A stretch of 62,951 nucleotides of DNA, filler included, from Octopus bimaculoides (GCF_001194135.2; 3 parts of 3 records of this genome joined end to end with filler, not necessarily neighbours in it); one strand, 5' to 3'. Shown: positions 13,262 through 26,379, numbered from the whole stretch's first letter. Notes: a model not told the origin generated them from the sequence alone. Program-made: numbers and translations.

Positions 13262-14110
13262 ATGATCGTTGCGGTTGTGCCTGCTATTTACCAAGTCGTA
13301 GAAAAGGGACAATGGTCAGTTATTTCAGCCTGTAATGTAGTTTGGATAGCAAGTAGTGTAGTATCTGTAGGAATGTCACTAACTGCGAAACCACGTTGTC
13401 TTCCAGCATCGTTCACCATCTTGTTTATATTGTTTCGTAGAAAGTTAATTTCAGACCTTTCTTAAAAAGTTACATTCACCAACTTTTTTTCCTATGTTCA
13501 ACAAATGTTGCTTGTCAGCATAATTGTTTCGCAGTAAATAATTTAGTTCTGGGTGCAGATCATCCCAGTATGATTTCGATCTGTTCATATATTCAACAGC
13601 GTAGTTTTGTTTCACTCTTCGATAACAGTTAAATAAATCAGTATTCAATTCATAACTTCGCAAAAATGAGTTTTGCCATTACGGTTTCTTCTATAATTAC
13701 AGCAAGAATCTGTTTACCTGCTGAGCTGTTGTTTTTGTTCTGTTCGTCGGTTGTGTTGCTGCTGACATTGTGTCCAGCCATGTTGCTTGTAATAACTCTG
13801 CGCAACAAATTCAGGTTCCAGTCGAAAGTCTCAACGCTCGTGAATAAAAGCCTCTGTCGGTTAATTCAGCTGAAAAGCAACCAGTTGCTTAACAAGGCTG
13901 ATAGTTGTAGCTTCAAAGCGGGAGATATTATTCATCGTATTTTCAATAAATCTTCACTCAATGCTATTGCTGCTTGCACCGCACACCCGCCAAGAAATCG
14001 GGAGCGCCACGTAAGCAATGATCTGCTCCGCAGTCGTCAAATTTGGGGCCGATCGAAGATGCACTGAACCGATGCACTAAGCCGATGCACTAAACCGATG
14101 CACTAAGCAA
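13262..14110 (-). mobile_element. Dong/R4-clade element 5' end (5'UTR with 4x13-bp repeat plus decayed ORF N-terminus)
   Basis: ATG at 13781 (MAGHNVSSN), frameshift, then SYELNTDLFNCYRRVKQNYAVEYMNRSKSYWDDLHPEL, resembling the R4/Dong N-terminal CY...YM.R....W...HPE motif; GATGCACT(A/G)A(A/G)CC x4 at 14058-14109. Confidence 0.6.
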
Positions 14111-15235
14111 TAGACATGCTTTCCTGAAACTACATCATAGCTCTTAAAGAAAGCAAGGCGCATCTGATAATGTAAGTTTAGATATATTGTCACACGATAA
14201 GATGGCATGGTTATCGCTGGAGCAATCTTGTTATAGATTTTACTTGAGATTACCAGGGACTAAAGAATACGACTGTCAACAATGTGTGTCTAATCAAATA
14301 TTCTATCAAATAATTATGACTGAATCAGCGAAATGTTACCCTCGGGGAGAAGATTAGTAGTAACGCATTATCGCTTAATCACTAATCCTTTTCTCAGCCA
14401 TATTTTAACATTTCGGTAACATTAACAGAATTTAGTAACAAACCTCCTGAATTTGCAGGGTTGTAAATTCTAATAAACCGTTATAAAACTGTCACTGACA
14501 AGAAACATTAAAACCAAATCTTATGCACTTGCGGCTGTGATATAATAAAACACACGGCAGTAATTGCAAAGCTGAATTTGCCAGGAAACTAATATGTGTT
14601 ACTCTTCATAAGATTGTTATACAACAGAAAAAATTTCTATATTTGTAAACTTTTAAAGTAAATCACAAACGTTTGCCTTGTTTTCACACTTGCAATGTAT
14701 TAGGTTATCTTTGAATATGTTTTATTTGATGTAATTTGATCTAAAATAAGATTGTTTTCAACAATTGTATATCATGCATTCTAGTGAATTCTAATAAGCA
14801 GTATTTAAAGTGTCAACACACAAAAAAAAGTTAACAAAATATCTAGCAAGAAATGAAGAACAAGAAAATATATAAAAAACTATTCAAATAAGCCAGTTTT
14901 ATATTTTTTCGCTCAAAAGAGCGTAAATATAAGAGATAAAAAATAAATGAGCATTTTTCTTTCAATTTCATAAAATGTAATTCTTGTTCTATTTTAGGAA
15001 ACTGAGATAGGATGATGTTTTCTTCCATTATCGGTTTTGTTTTCATTTAAATCCACACGGTATTAAAACTTGTGCTGAGATACATATGAAGAATACGTGA
15101 AATAGAAATGAACACGCCATACAATTCTAAGCAATATATTTTCTACATCGTCGATACCATAATAAATGGTTAGGTTTCATGACGACGTGTTAGAGAGAAA
15201 CAATGTAATTGCTGTACTGCATGGAATGGTAATGT

Positions 15236-15266
<31 letters not shown>

Positions 15267-15401
15267 ATAGTAGTAGTAGTAATAGTAGTAGTAGTAGTAG
15301 TAGTAGTAGTATGTTTAGCTTTATAACATATTCTAAGTTCGAACACTACTACCAAGTAACTCATAAAAATATCAATCCCTCTTAAAAATGGATGGATATA
15401 G

Positions 15402-15483
<82 letters not shown>

Positions 15484-15871
15484 TCAGTTGAATTTGGTAC
15501 TTCAGTTGAGGCACCAACTCTGTCCCGTATTGTCCGCACAATTGTAACTCTATCACTATTCCTCTTTATTGATCTCCATTATTTCTTTCTGCTATTCTAA
15601 ATCATAATAGGCTTCAGGTATTTTTCCCAAAATTCATTCTGATACAATAATAGCGAAAAGAAACAATGTGTTCTAGTCCCCAGTACTGATGAAAAATTTG
15701 CTAGAACATTATAGAGAACCCTGTATGTTGGAAATCTATATAGTCGTACTCATTCGAAGAGAGTCGTTTATTTCAAATTGATGTAATGTTTGCACTGATC
15801 GATTAAATGGAGCCGCTTGAAACGGTCGTAATGCGCTAATGCCTGGACATCCTCATTATTTATTTGCTGTA

Positions 15872-15902
<31 letters not shown>

Positions 15903-15906
15903 GTGT

Positions 15907-15949
<43 letters not shown>

Positions 15950-16030
15950 NNNNNNNNNNNNNNNNNNNNNNNNNNNNNNNNNNNNNNNNNNNNNNNNNNN
16001 NNNNNNNNNNNNNNNNNNNNNNNNNNNNNN

Positions 16031-16095
<65 letters not shown>

Positions 16096-16102
16096 ATGCA
16101 TA

Positions 16103-16419
16103 CAGTAATCCCTCGACTATCGCGTGTGTTACGTTCCAAGACTCCCGCGATAAGTGAAAATCAGCTAAGTAGAAACGGTACTTCCATTGTTTCTAGTTGT
16201 TTCAGTCATTTGATTGCAGCCATGCTGGAGCACCAAATTTAGTCGAACAAATCGACCCAGGACTTATTCTTTTTAAACCTAGTACTTACTCAACCGTTCT
16301 CTTTTGCCGAACCGCTAGCTACGGGGACATAAATGCATCAACATCGGTTGTCAAGCGATGGTGGTGGGTGCAAACACAGACACACAAATACATACACACA
16401 CACACACACATATATATAT

Positions 16420-16461
<42 letters not shown>

Positions 16462-17003
16462 GACAGGGCTTCTTTTCAGTTTCCGTCTACCAAATCTATC
16501 CAGAAGGCTTTGGTCGGCCCAAAGGTGCCGCGCAGTGGGACTGAACGCGGAACCAAGTAGTTGGGAAGCAAGCTTCTTACCACGCAGCTGTTCCTAATTT
16601 TTATAAGATTACTTTTATAATTAGTATATATTTACCTTATTATAAATGCAAAACAGCATAACACATTCGCCTCCCGAGTTTCGTTTTCCAATAGTATGTG
16701 CGATTCTTCGTTTACTCATCTACGGTACATTACGTATTTTCTTTTAATATATTTTAAGTAATGTGTTATACAGTGCAGCACTGTACTGTATTTTTATTTA
16801 TTAATTTATTAATTTTTAGGCGTGAAAATACTTATTTTACCATAGAAATAGTTAAAATCTAAAAAAATATAAATACATATCGGCCGCAGAAACCGGCAAT
16901 ACACTGAGGAGTCCGCGATATAAATTTACATCTATTAACCAGAAAAAAACTGCGATGTTCTGAGGGCGCGAAAGGTGACCCACGATATGGCAAGTGATTA
17001 CTG
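16103..17003. mobile_element. Tigger/pogo-like MITE interrupted by SINE-A
   Basis: Left TA|CAGTAATCCCTCGACTATCG and right CGATATGGCAAGTGATTACTG|TA are imperfect TIRs with a TA target duplication. Confidence 0.82.
16190..16595 (-). mobile_element. SINE-A: tRNA-derived head, (CA)/(TA) microsatellite, tail A
   Basis: Minus strand shows A box (GCTGCGTGGTAAG), B box (GGTTCCGCGTTCAGTCCC) and GCACCTTTGGG core; CpGs retained. Confidence 0.88.
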
Positions 17004-17029
17004 TATGTATGTTAATTATTACAAAGACA

Positions 17030-17520
17030 AGTTTGAAAATAATTTTAAAGTTTGCTCGCTGGTGTTTACGCCAGTTCGTTTTGGATTCACAGAAATTTTA
17101 GCAGAGTTTTCCTTATCGTAGGTTAAGAAATATGCATGAAAAGTAGGTGCGGTATATTGGAAATAGAGCGGAATTAGAGGAAAACGTGCATTTGTAGGAG
17201 TGGATTGATAGAACGGTATATGCTAAAGAGAATTATTTGGGTTTGATTACGTATTTCGTTACTTTTCGTGGTTCAGTTAAGCGTAGAAGTGTATTTGTCA
17301 AAATCAGGTCATGATATTTGAAATAAGCTTGTCTTTTGAGCTATTTGTAAGGTTATCTATAATATCTATAATGTCTATAGATTATTCAGAATAAATCGGA
17401 CTAAATCTGTATTTGGTGTTGATATTATTAGATTTCTGTTAAGACATTTTAAGCTTAGTTGTTTTAGGAAGGTTTCCATTATGAAGATTATGTTTCTATA
17501 AATATTTATTAAGTTTCTCA
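17030..17520 (-). mobile_element. Possible highly decayed Penelope-like RT N-terminal remnant
   Basis: AYFLTYDKENS and VNPKRTGVNTSEQTLKLF weakly resemble AFITLKDHKENF and INP.KS..GKISK.IL; weak similarity only. Confidence 0.25.
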
Positions 17521-18699
17521 AGACTGTTTCTAGCCGGGTTATTTATTTATATGTTATATAAGCAGACAAATGCATGCATACAGTGACATATCGTTACCTA
17601 TATATCTAGGGAAAGGCAAAATAATTATGTACTTTTCTCATGATATATGCTTCGTTAAGGAGATATAAATGCATAAACAATACAGAAATATACAAATATA
17701 TATGTTTATCAGCAAACACATATACTCACATGCGTAAACACACACACACACACACATTTTCATTTGCGGTTATGAAAACATAGTCAAAGGAATACATATA
17801 CGCACACGTACTACTATACAGATGCATCCATATACAACCAAGTATCTATCGTCACAGCCACTGGAGGTTAAGGGGACACCCGGAGCGACAAGAGCAATAG
17901 ACAGAGCCAGAGAGGATAGCATCATCGGAATCCTCTCCATGCCAGTCCACCAGAAGACAAATATAATCACTAAACGCAATCATTAGAGTAGGCATAAATG
18001 TTCTCTCTGAGAAAGAATTCTCCGACTGTGAATTGGCATCGTGTGAAGCGGTCAAGTGAGAATGCTCGATAAAAGATGTCCTTGTTGGATAGGGAGGAAA
18101 AACAAAAAAGTTAAGAAGCATTGGATCTGAAAACAATGATCAAATATTCAATGCAATGATACGGACCCCTGACACATAACCATCAACATCAACAATGTCA
18201 CAAGACTTACGAACATCCGGAAATGTCTGGACTGTTGCGATGGTGACAAACACGACCAAAACGTGGGCAAACTGGGCGTCTTTCATGCAACTCTCTATCT
18301 GCAGCTCGTCATATGGAACCAGCGGCCATCTTGCAGACAGAGTAGACCAAGGTCGGCCGTTTGGGACACACAATCTTATCATGGGTTCACAGAACTATAC
18401 TAGCTGGGCAGGGCCATCGACAAGAAAATACTGCTAGACTTTTATAGAATATTAATTACGGGTACGAACGGCAATGTCTTGGGATTGCCTCTGAGCATCG
18501 ACATGAACAATTTGAGTTGTCTGTTTTTCAGAACTTTAGTGTGGAGAATTCTAGGAAATGTTTAAAAGTCCTTGATATGGCAGTGCTACATGGGTAGCTT
18601 TACGCGTCAATCTCTGTAAGTAATAAAGCACTAACAAACAAATTGCCAACATAATATAATACCAGTCAAGTATAAGTGTTGATTATATGGATTCAATAC

Positions 18700-18930
18700 C
18701 TTTCTCAAAATTATTATTATTGTTATTATATATTTGACTTTTGCTTTGTATTCGTACTAGTTGACTCCAAGACTCACCCAGAGGCCCAGAGACCAAGAGA
18801 CAAGAAGTTAGATCTTTATACTTGCTCAGTTTTTGGTAGGTCTTGACAGATACATTTTTGTCGATTGGGACAGTCATATCAGTGAGGAGGCATAATTTTT
18901 TGGGTGAAGTCTTTCAATATAATATCTTAT
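18700..18930 (-). mobile_element. Dong/R4-clade 3' end with restriction-like endonuclease motif
   Basis: DIILKDFTQK, frameshift, CLLTDMTVPIDKNVSVKTYQKLSKYKDL (D..D..K REL motif); ends in an AAT-rich tail, with an (ATT)n array on the other side. Confidence 0.85.
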
Positions 18931-18969
18931 CAATGAGGAGTTAGGATTCTTATCTGAATTCTTTCAATA

Positions 18970-18996
18970 TAATAATTATTATTATCATCATCATCA

Positions 18997-19072
<76 letters not shown>

Positions 19073-19115
19073 CATTATTATTATTATCATTATTATTATT
19101 ATCATTATTATTATA
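18970..19115. repeat. (ATT)n/(ATC)n microsatellite
   Basis: Direct reading. Confidence 0.95.
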
Positions 19116-20581
19116 GAATCAAATCACATCAGTTTACTACAGCACTAGTAAAAAAAATCTGCAGATTATATTTTTCTCTGCAGCACTGCGACAGAATTCA
19201 AATTACACCCGGCGAAAAATGTCAAAGTCCTGCGAATCCGTGGAATTAGTAGATTTAGCAATCAACGACTTTAAGTTAATTTCCGTTCGCTAAGTAATCT
19301 AAATGGCCAGAATAAATCAATTACTATTAATTACTATTACAAGAAGCTAGTATTAAATTCTAAATTACTTTCATGAAACCAAATCATTTTGTTATTGAAT
19401 CCGCTGTTACTCTACGATACTAGCTGAACAAGGAGTTTGGTGCCAGCATGGCAGTAATAATGAAATACAACGTCCGTTCAAATGACATCGATACCTTAAG
19501 TGAATTCGAAACGAGTCACTGGAAAAGTTGTTTATGTATATGATGCGAACACTTTCACGCAAACACATACTAATATATTGAGAATCAACTTAATGATATA
19601 AGTGTGTGTGTGTGTGTGTGTGTGTGAGTGTGTATTATATATATATCTATATGCGTATATATGTAGATATCCATACACGTATATGCATATATATGCATAT
19701 ATATGTATATATATATATATGTGTGTGTATATATACATACATATATATATATATGTATATATGATTATAATCATTATATATATATATATATATATATNNN
19801 NNNNNNNATATATATATATATGTATAGATTCATAGATAGATAGACAGACAGACAGATAGATACTAATATACAGACAGACATGTATATATTTAGATATTTA
19901 CATATTTACACACACGCGCGCACTCATATATGTATGCGAACATGAGTCTCTTTCTGAATATATATATAGGTGCGTGTGTGTGTGTATTTGTGTGCGTGTG
20001 TGTCTGTGTCTGTGTGTGTCTGTGTCTGTATGTGCATGCATGCGAATTTACAACTTGATTAGCGAGAACATCATATCATACAGTATGTCTGGAAAACGAG
20101 AAATTAAAGCTGTATAACTTGTATAAAGTCATTGATTTATTCCATAGCCAACATTTTGCGTGACTCGTTCTTTCAGTCTCTATACATATGTATATATACT
20201 TAATTGTGAATGCATATCTGCATATATGTACATTTGTGTGAAAATATATCAGCATCTATTTGATTATTCATATGGAAACATAAATTACGACACCACACAT
20301 GATAGTTTGCAAATTAACTATGAGATAGCTCTGAGATAGCTATATCTATATTTCGTTGGTATACAGCACATAAGAATATACTAAAACATAAATATACATT
20401 TGTTATACATAAATGTATTAAGAGATGCATACGCACATTGAGTGAGACTGGTATGCTTATTTAGGTGTATATATTTATACAGGAAACATACAGGCACAAA
20501 CCCTCATATATATATATATATATATATATANNNNNNNNNNNNNNNNNNNNNNNNNNNNNNNNNNNNNNNNNNNNNNNNNNN

Positions 20582-20631
<50 letters not shown>

Positions 20632-21639
20632 GTGTGTGCATGTATATATGTATATGTATATATGAGGGTTTGTGCGTGTATGTTTCCTATATAAACCTAA
20701 ATAATATATATCACAGAGACAAATTTTACGCAAATATTTGAATATAGAAGCAATATATTTATAGGCTAAGACGTATATATGTGCATATATGTAGATTTAT
20801 GGAGGAGGCTGGGAAAAGTATGTATCGAGAAAACAAATACGTCCTATAATATTTTATAAACAGCACAGTTCAAAATCAAATATCACTGTGATATAACTGG
20901 CAGGATCTGATACGCATACATACATATAAGCGTACATAGATGTATGCATACGTCGGAATCACATACATTCGTACATACATGCATGCATGCATATACATAC
21001 ATACATACATACATACATACATACATACATACATACAAACATACATACATTCAGACATACATACATATCTACATACAGAAGACCCATGTCTGCTACCATT
21101 TCCCTCTTTGACTTCATAGAAACATATATGAAGAGAAATGATACTGAACTCTTCAGAGACCACACATAGAGATACAGATAGATCTGTGAACCATTCTGCT
21201 TGATTCCAGAGTCCTTTTCATCCTGTATGTCTATTAGAATGGTCGTGCAACAATGTCGCTGGTGTAATCAGAATGGCCAGCAAACACACAAATTCAGTTT
21301 AGCATTTTGCATATCTCACTTGACGTGGATGTGCTTTGGAGAGCTTCAAAGCTGCAGTATTCCTCTTTTGAGAACTCTTCTAAACGTCTTCGTCGTTGTC
21401 ATGTATCCTATACCTGCAGACCATTGATATCGCTACAACAAGAATCTTCCCAATTAAGCGCGAGCCCTCCAGCTGCCTTGCCACTTTTGGGATCAGATTT
21501 GATTATTAGTCAAGTGGGAATTGACGTGAGCTATCAGCAACAATAAGTGGTGGGTTTCACTAAAAATGAAAATAAAAAAGATATTTGTTAGTTTAGCGAA
21601 GAGATTGCTATAGAAAACAATAGAGTAGAAAATAAACTG

Positions 21640-21900
21640 ATTGTAGCTTGGAAGAGGTGCATGAAGTGAAATAACAACGTGCTAGTGACGAGAATGGCAC
21701 TCGACATTAAAATTGCTGTGAAAAATGAAGGTTGCATCATGCAAGCTAGTGTGCGTGCGCTGAAACAAGAAGGCACAAAGACCGTCAGTTGGGCACGTGT
21801 GGTGGAGGCACAGCACCGAAGACGGGGTCTCAACAGTTTCATAACGGGTTATTTATATGAACACCTGTTTGCAGCGAATAAAAAGGATGCTCTGCGGTGT
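21640..21900 (+). mobile_element. Possible Gypsy pol remnant (RNase H-integrase linker)
   Basis: NEGCIMQASVRALKQEGTKTVSWARVVEA resembles the A.TW.RV.EAT linker; no LTRs or catalytic motifs seen. Confidence 0.25.
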
Positions 21901-22318
21901 AACTGAGTTTTAAATGTTCTGTAAACGAAACGTAGCTGAAAAAATTTAGTCCTTGGTCTAGTACGTTAGGATTGAACTTGCACTGAATAACAAACACAAT
22001 GGATAGACAAGTGATAAGTTGTCTAAATGAAAACCAAACATAATTAGATTCACAAGAATACGAGGAATCAATCCATTCTATTAATAGCATTTTTGTCTTA
22101 ATTTAACGAAATGAAAAATTTCAGTTTGAGGCGGACATCAAATGCTGAACTATGTAATCAATCCACCGTTCTATGTTATTTTAAAGAAAGGGGAAAGACA
22201 CATTATTACAGGTGCGTGTATTAATTATCAATTAGATAAAATCCTGTCTTTTATGTGTACAATAGAAGTCTCCTGACAAAAGAGAGAGCTAACAACGTTT
22301 TTTCTCTTTATTACTTAC

Positions 22319-22379
22319 AACTACTTTGTCTCTATTTAGTCAAACATCGATAATATAACATCAAAAGTCCCGCTGCATT
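22319..22379 (-). other. Candidate 61-nt non-coding spliced exon
   Basis: Acceptor CTGTATTTTACAG| and donor |GTAAGT; stop codons in all three frames. Confidence 0.4.
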
Positions 22380-22492
22380 CTGTAAAATACAGATATAGAT
22401 GGAGACACGAACACACAAAGACAAACAATTAAGCAGACGAATATCCATATAAACGAAATCAGCTTACACACACACAGTGACCAAAGTACACA

Positions 22493-22523
<31 letters not shown>

Positions 22524-22985
22524 CAATTTAAATTGTCATTATTAGGAGAAGGAAGTAACAAACTTGAATATTACTTTCCGAAATCTATAATTTCTATTGG
22601 TTCAAACGGATGCTTTCATTGGTTCGTGTATGCGTGTATGTGTGCATACATACATACATACAGATATACAGATATATATATATANNNNNNNNNNNNNNNN
22701 NNNNNNNNNNNNNNNNNNNNNNNNNNNNNNNNNNNNNNNNNNNNNNNNNNNNNNNNNNNNNNNNNNNNNNNNNNNNNNNNNNNNNNNNNNNNNNNNNNNN
22801 NNNNNNNNNNNNNNNNNNNNNNNNNNNNNNNNNNNNNNNNNNNNNNNNNNNNNNNNNNNNNNNNNNNNNNNNNNNNNNNNNNNNNNNNNNNNNNNNNNNN
22901 NNNNNNNNNNNNNNNNNNNNNNNNNNNNNNNNNNNNNNNNNNNNNNNNNNNNNNNNNNNNNNNNNNNNNNNNNNNNNNNNNNNNN

Positions 22986-23020
<35 letters not shown>

Positions 23021-23834
23021 GCCAGTATTATACCTAATAATGGTATTAGTTTGATATGTCTAAGTCTAAGATTGAATTGAAGACACAGATAGTAAGCCAT
23101 CAGCCTACAGATATTTTCCTATATAAATGAAATTGTTTACATTTACTTACAGTCTGTCAGTTATATGATTAAGAGACAAGTTACTAATTACTAAAATAAA
23201 ATGGTGTGATAAATGATATAGTAACTTACATTCACGAAAACATTCAATTATATGTATTTAGAAAGCAAAATAAGAATTAACAATGCAGCAATTTATATTT
23301 TATTGTTTATGAAAGTTCTACGCCTGATTTTTATTTATTTCTGTTGATAAGAGCATCGAGTTATCTGACTTAGGAATATCGGAATAATTCACAGCAACAT
23401 ATTCCACTCTCTGGGTTGTTATTTAGATATTCCATGTTGAATCGCTCTCATTTGTCAATAACAAATTTAAATTATATTTAGATCTTTCTAATGATTTCTA
23501 ATGGTTCTATCAAATTTGATGCAATTTAATAGTTATCTTTATCAAATGTAGTTCTAATTCAATGTGAAGGTGTTAAAATATTTTCGAATTTTAATATTGA
23601 TTTCTTTTCACACTTTGTTGTTGTTTTTTTGTAACGATTAATATATTCAGTTTTGAATAGTATATCCAGACGTCATTCATTTCTTCTCATATCAAATATT
23701 TCCATCACGTAAGAGTGAAGTTTAACCAAGATGTTCAAATTTGTCATTTTCCACAACATAGATGGATGCTATATCGATATTTAAAAAAAAAATGCATTTA
23801 TATATACCGCCATTGTTTTTGTATTATACATGTA

Positions 23835-23995
23835 TTCTTCTTCTTCTTCTTCTTCTTCTTCTTCTTCTTCTTCTTCTTCTTCTTCTTCTTCTTCTTCTTC
23901 TTCTTCTTCTTCTTCTTCTCCTCCTTCTCCTTCTCCTTCTCCTTCTTCTTCTTCTTCTTCTTCTTCTTCTTCTTCTTCTTCTTCTTCTTCTTCTT

Positions 23996-24058
<63 letters not shown>

Positions 24059-24059
24059 G
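23835..24059. repeat. (TTC)n with (TCC) interruptions, followed by (TTA)n
   Basis: Direct reading; source of the polyF/L/S ORFs. Confidence 0.95.
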
Positions 24060-24159
24060 NNNNNNNNNNNNNNNNNNNNNNNNNNNNNNNNNNNNNNNNN
24101 NNNTTAATTAATTAANNNNNNNNNNNNNNNNNNNNNNNNNNNNNNNNNNNNNNNNNNNN
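24060..24159. other. Synthetic scaffold join N44-TTAATTAATTAA-N44
   Basis: Exactly 100 bp; the palindromic 12-mer has TAA in all six frames; identical to 49630-49729. Confidence 0.95.
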
Positions 24160-25385
24160 ACGCACGCACGCACGCACGCGCGCGCGCGCGAAATGCCCCT
24201 ATGCATTCTTCTTGGCATGCTAACTATTCTGCCAGCTTGCCTCTAGCAGAGTCGTTATTAAACAAGGTGCATATGCACTTTGCAACTCCCGCTTCATATC
24301 ACCACACTGTGCATGTGTATGCACACACATCCCTGTATGCGTGCACTCACATTTGTCTCTGTGTATGCATGGCTGCGCGCATGGATGATGTGTGAATGCA
24401 CATGGGACCAGAATAAATGGAAAGGAAGAGAAACCGTTTGTTACAGAATCTGCTTCTCAACTGACTTGGCAGATGTTCAATTAATGTGACAGTTTAACAT
24501 GTGGTGGATGGAAGTGGCCGTGGGTTTTTGTCTTTTGTTAATTAGTCTGGGGGAGACAGAGCAATGCCCTTGACCTTTTCTTCATCTCCCAGACTGGTGA
24601 GAGTGATGTGGTGAAGAGGAGGCAATGATGCCGTGCCCACGGCCTCTGATTGTTACCATGCTGTACCATATGTAGTTAATGGTGTTGGGTGTTGTAGATC
24701 CCTCTCCCCAACCTCGAGCAGATTTCCCTGTGATCATAGGTGCTCCAGATGTGACCATCCAGTCTATTTTCTTTTTCTCTACAACCCACACAGCATATCT
24801 GGAGTTACATATTTTCTATTTTCTATTTTCTATCATGTGATTTGAGAGAAATTTGGCTGCTATTTGTAACAGATCAATTGACTTCAGAAGAAGAAGGGAA
24901 AGTGAGACGGAGAGGGAGGGGAGAGGGATGAATAGAGAGAGAGATAGAGGGAGAGATAAGCTTCTAAATAAAATACACTAAAAAATCATTTTTTGTTAGT
25001 ACAGGCTTAATTAATGAAGCAATTAAGCTTTCGCATAGTCTTTTATTTATTCACATATTCTCTGATATAAATTTATGTTCCTGATTGAAGATAAAATAAC
25101 AGGAATTAAACCAAATCTAATGTTCCTCTAAATTAAAACCATTAACTTCTATTAAAGACCATTATTTCACTAAATATTACAACACAAATAAAATATGCTT
25201 TGTATTTAATTAGTTTGGTTCGTGTGTGTGATTCATTGATGATTGTCAGTGGTGGAGGCCCAATCACAGGTTCACCACATCACAAGAGCTTCCTACTTCC
25301 TTGTTTGTTTGTTTGTTTGTTTGTTTGCAGTGGTAGATTCATCAGCATACAATAATATGCAATTTCTCATTCTTGTGTCTTTCAA

Positions 25386-25792
25386 TGCCAGTACCCACTG
25401 ATTGGCCCCTGTACTGGTGGCACATAAAAAGCACCATCTGAGCATGGCCGATGCCAGTAACCCCTGACTGGCTCCCGTACTGGTGGCATGTAAAAAGTAC
25501 CATCCAGACGTAGCCAATGCCAGTACCCCCTGACTGGCTCCTGTACAGGTGGCATGTAAAAAGCACCATCCGAATATGGCTGATGCCAGTACCCCCTGAC
25601 TGGCTCCTGTGCCGGTGGCACATAAAAAAGTACCCACTACACTCTGAGTGGTTGGCATTAGGAAGGGCATCCAACCATAGAAACCAAGCCAAAACAGACA
25701 ATGGATAGTGGTTCGACTCCTGGCTTTGTCAGCTCCTGTCAAACTGTCCAACCCATAACAGCATGGAAAACAGACATTAAATGAGAAGGATG

Positions 25793-25795
<3 letters not shown>
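25386..25795 (+). mobile_element. RTE-LINE 3'UTR copy with 66-bp VNTR (about 3.7 units) and (GAT)n-type end
   Basis: Units start at 25386, 25452, 25518 and 25584; followed by GTGGTTGGCATTAGGAAGGGCATCC...CCCATAACAGCATGGAAAACAGACATTAAATG. Confidence 0.88.
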
Positions 25796-25831
<36 letters not shown>

Positions 25832-25833
<2 letters not shown>

Positions 25834-25995
25834 ATCATCATCGTTTAACGTTCGTTTTCCATGCTGGCATGGGTTTGACGGTTTGACTGAGGTCTGGAGA
25901 GAAAGCAGCTGCACCAGGCTCTAATCTGATTTGGCAGAGTTACTACAGCTGGATGCCCTTCCTAACGCCAACTACTCCAAGAGTGTAGTGGGTGG
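25832..25995 (-). mobile_element. RTE-LINE 3' tail copy
   Basis: CATCATCATCGTTTAACG...CCATGCTGGCATGG...GGATGCCCTTCCTAACGCCAAC. Confidence 0.9.
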
Positions 25996-26019
25996 TTTAT
26001 ATATATATTTATATAATGT

Positions 26020-26190
26020 GGCTATGCGGTTAAGAAGCATGCTTCCCAACTATGGGGTCTCTGGTTCTACCTCAATGTGTAGCACCTTGGGCAAGTGTCT
26101 TCTATATCCCCAGGCTGATGAGTCTTGTGAGTGGATTTGGTATCCAGGAACTGAAAGCCTGTCATATATATGTATATGTGTGTGTGCATT
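26020..26190 (+). mobile_element. SINE-A head (partial)
   Basis: GTGGCTATGCGGTTAAG...GCACCTTGGGCAAGTGTCTTCTA...GTGAGTGGATTTGGTA. Confidence 0.8.
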
Positions 26191-26379
26191 GTAATTTGCT
26201 TGAAGCATTGTAGAATATGTAGAAAAATCAGTATGTTATAGAAGGTGATAGCAATTCATCGAGAACAATGACTTGAAAGATTTGAAAGGGTGTTTTTTAA
26301 CTCAAAATATCAAGACTTGTTAAATATTTCTTACATATCAATTTAATTTCTTTATTTTGCTTTTTATATCACCATCATC

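Noticed and set aside
24104-24115. TTAATTAATTAA as a biological site (piggyBac target or PacI palindrome)
   Set aside because: Centred in exactly 44+44 Ns twice, so it is synthetic.
25386-25630. 66-bp periodic array as a CRISPR array
   Set aside because: Whole units are similar with no unique spacers, there are no cas genes, and it is part of a eukaryotic LINE 3'UTR.
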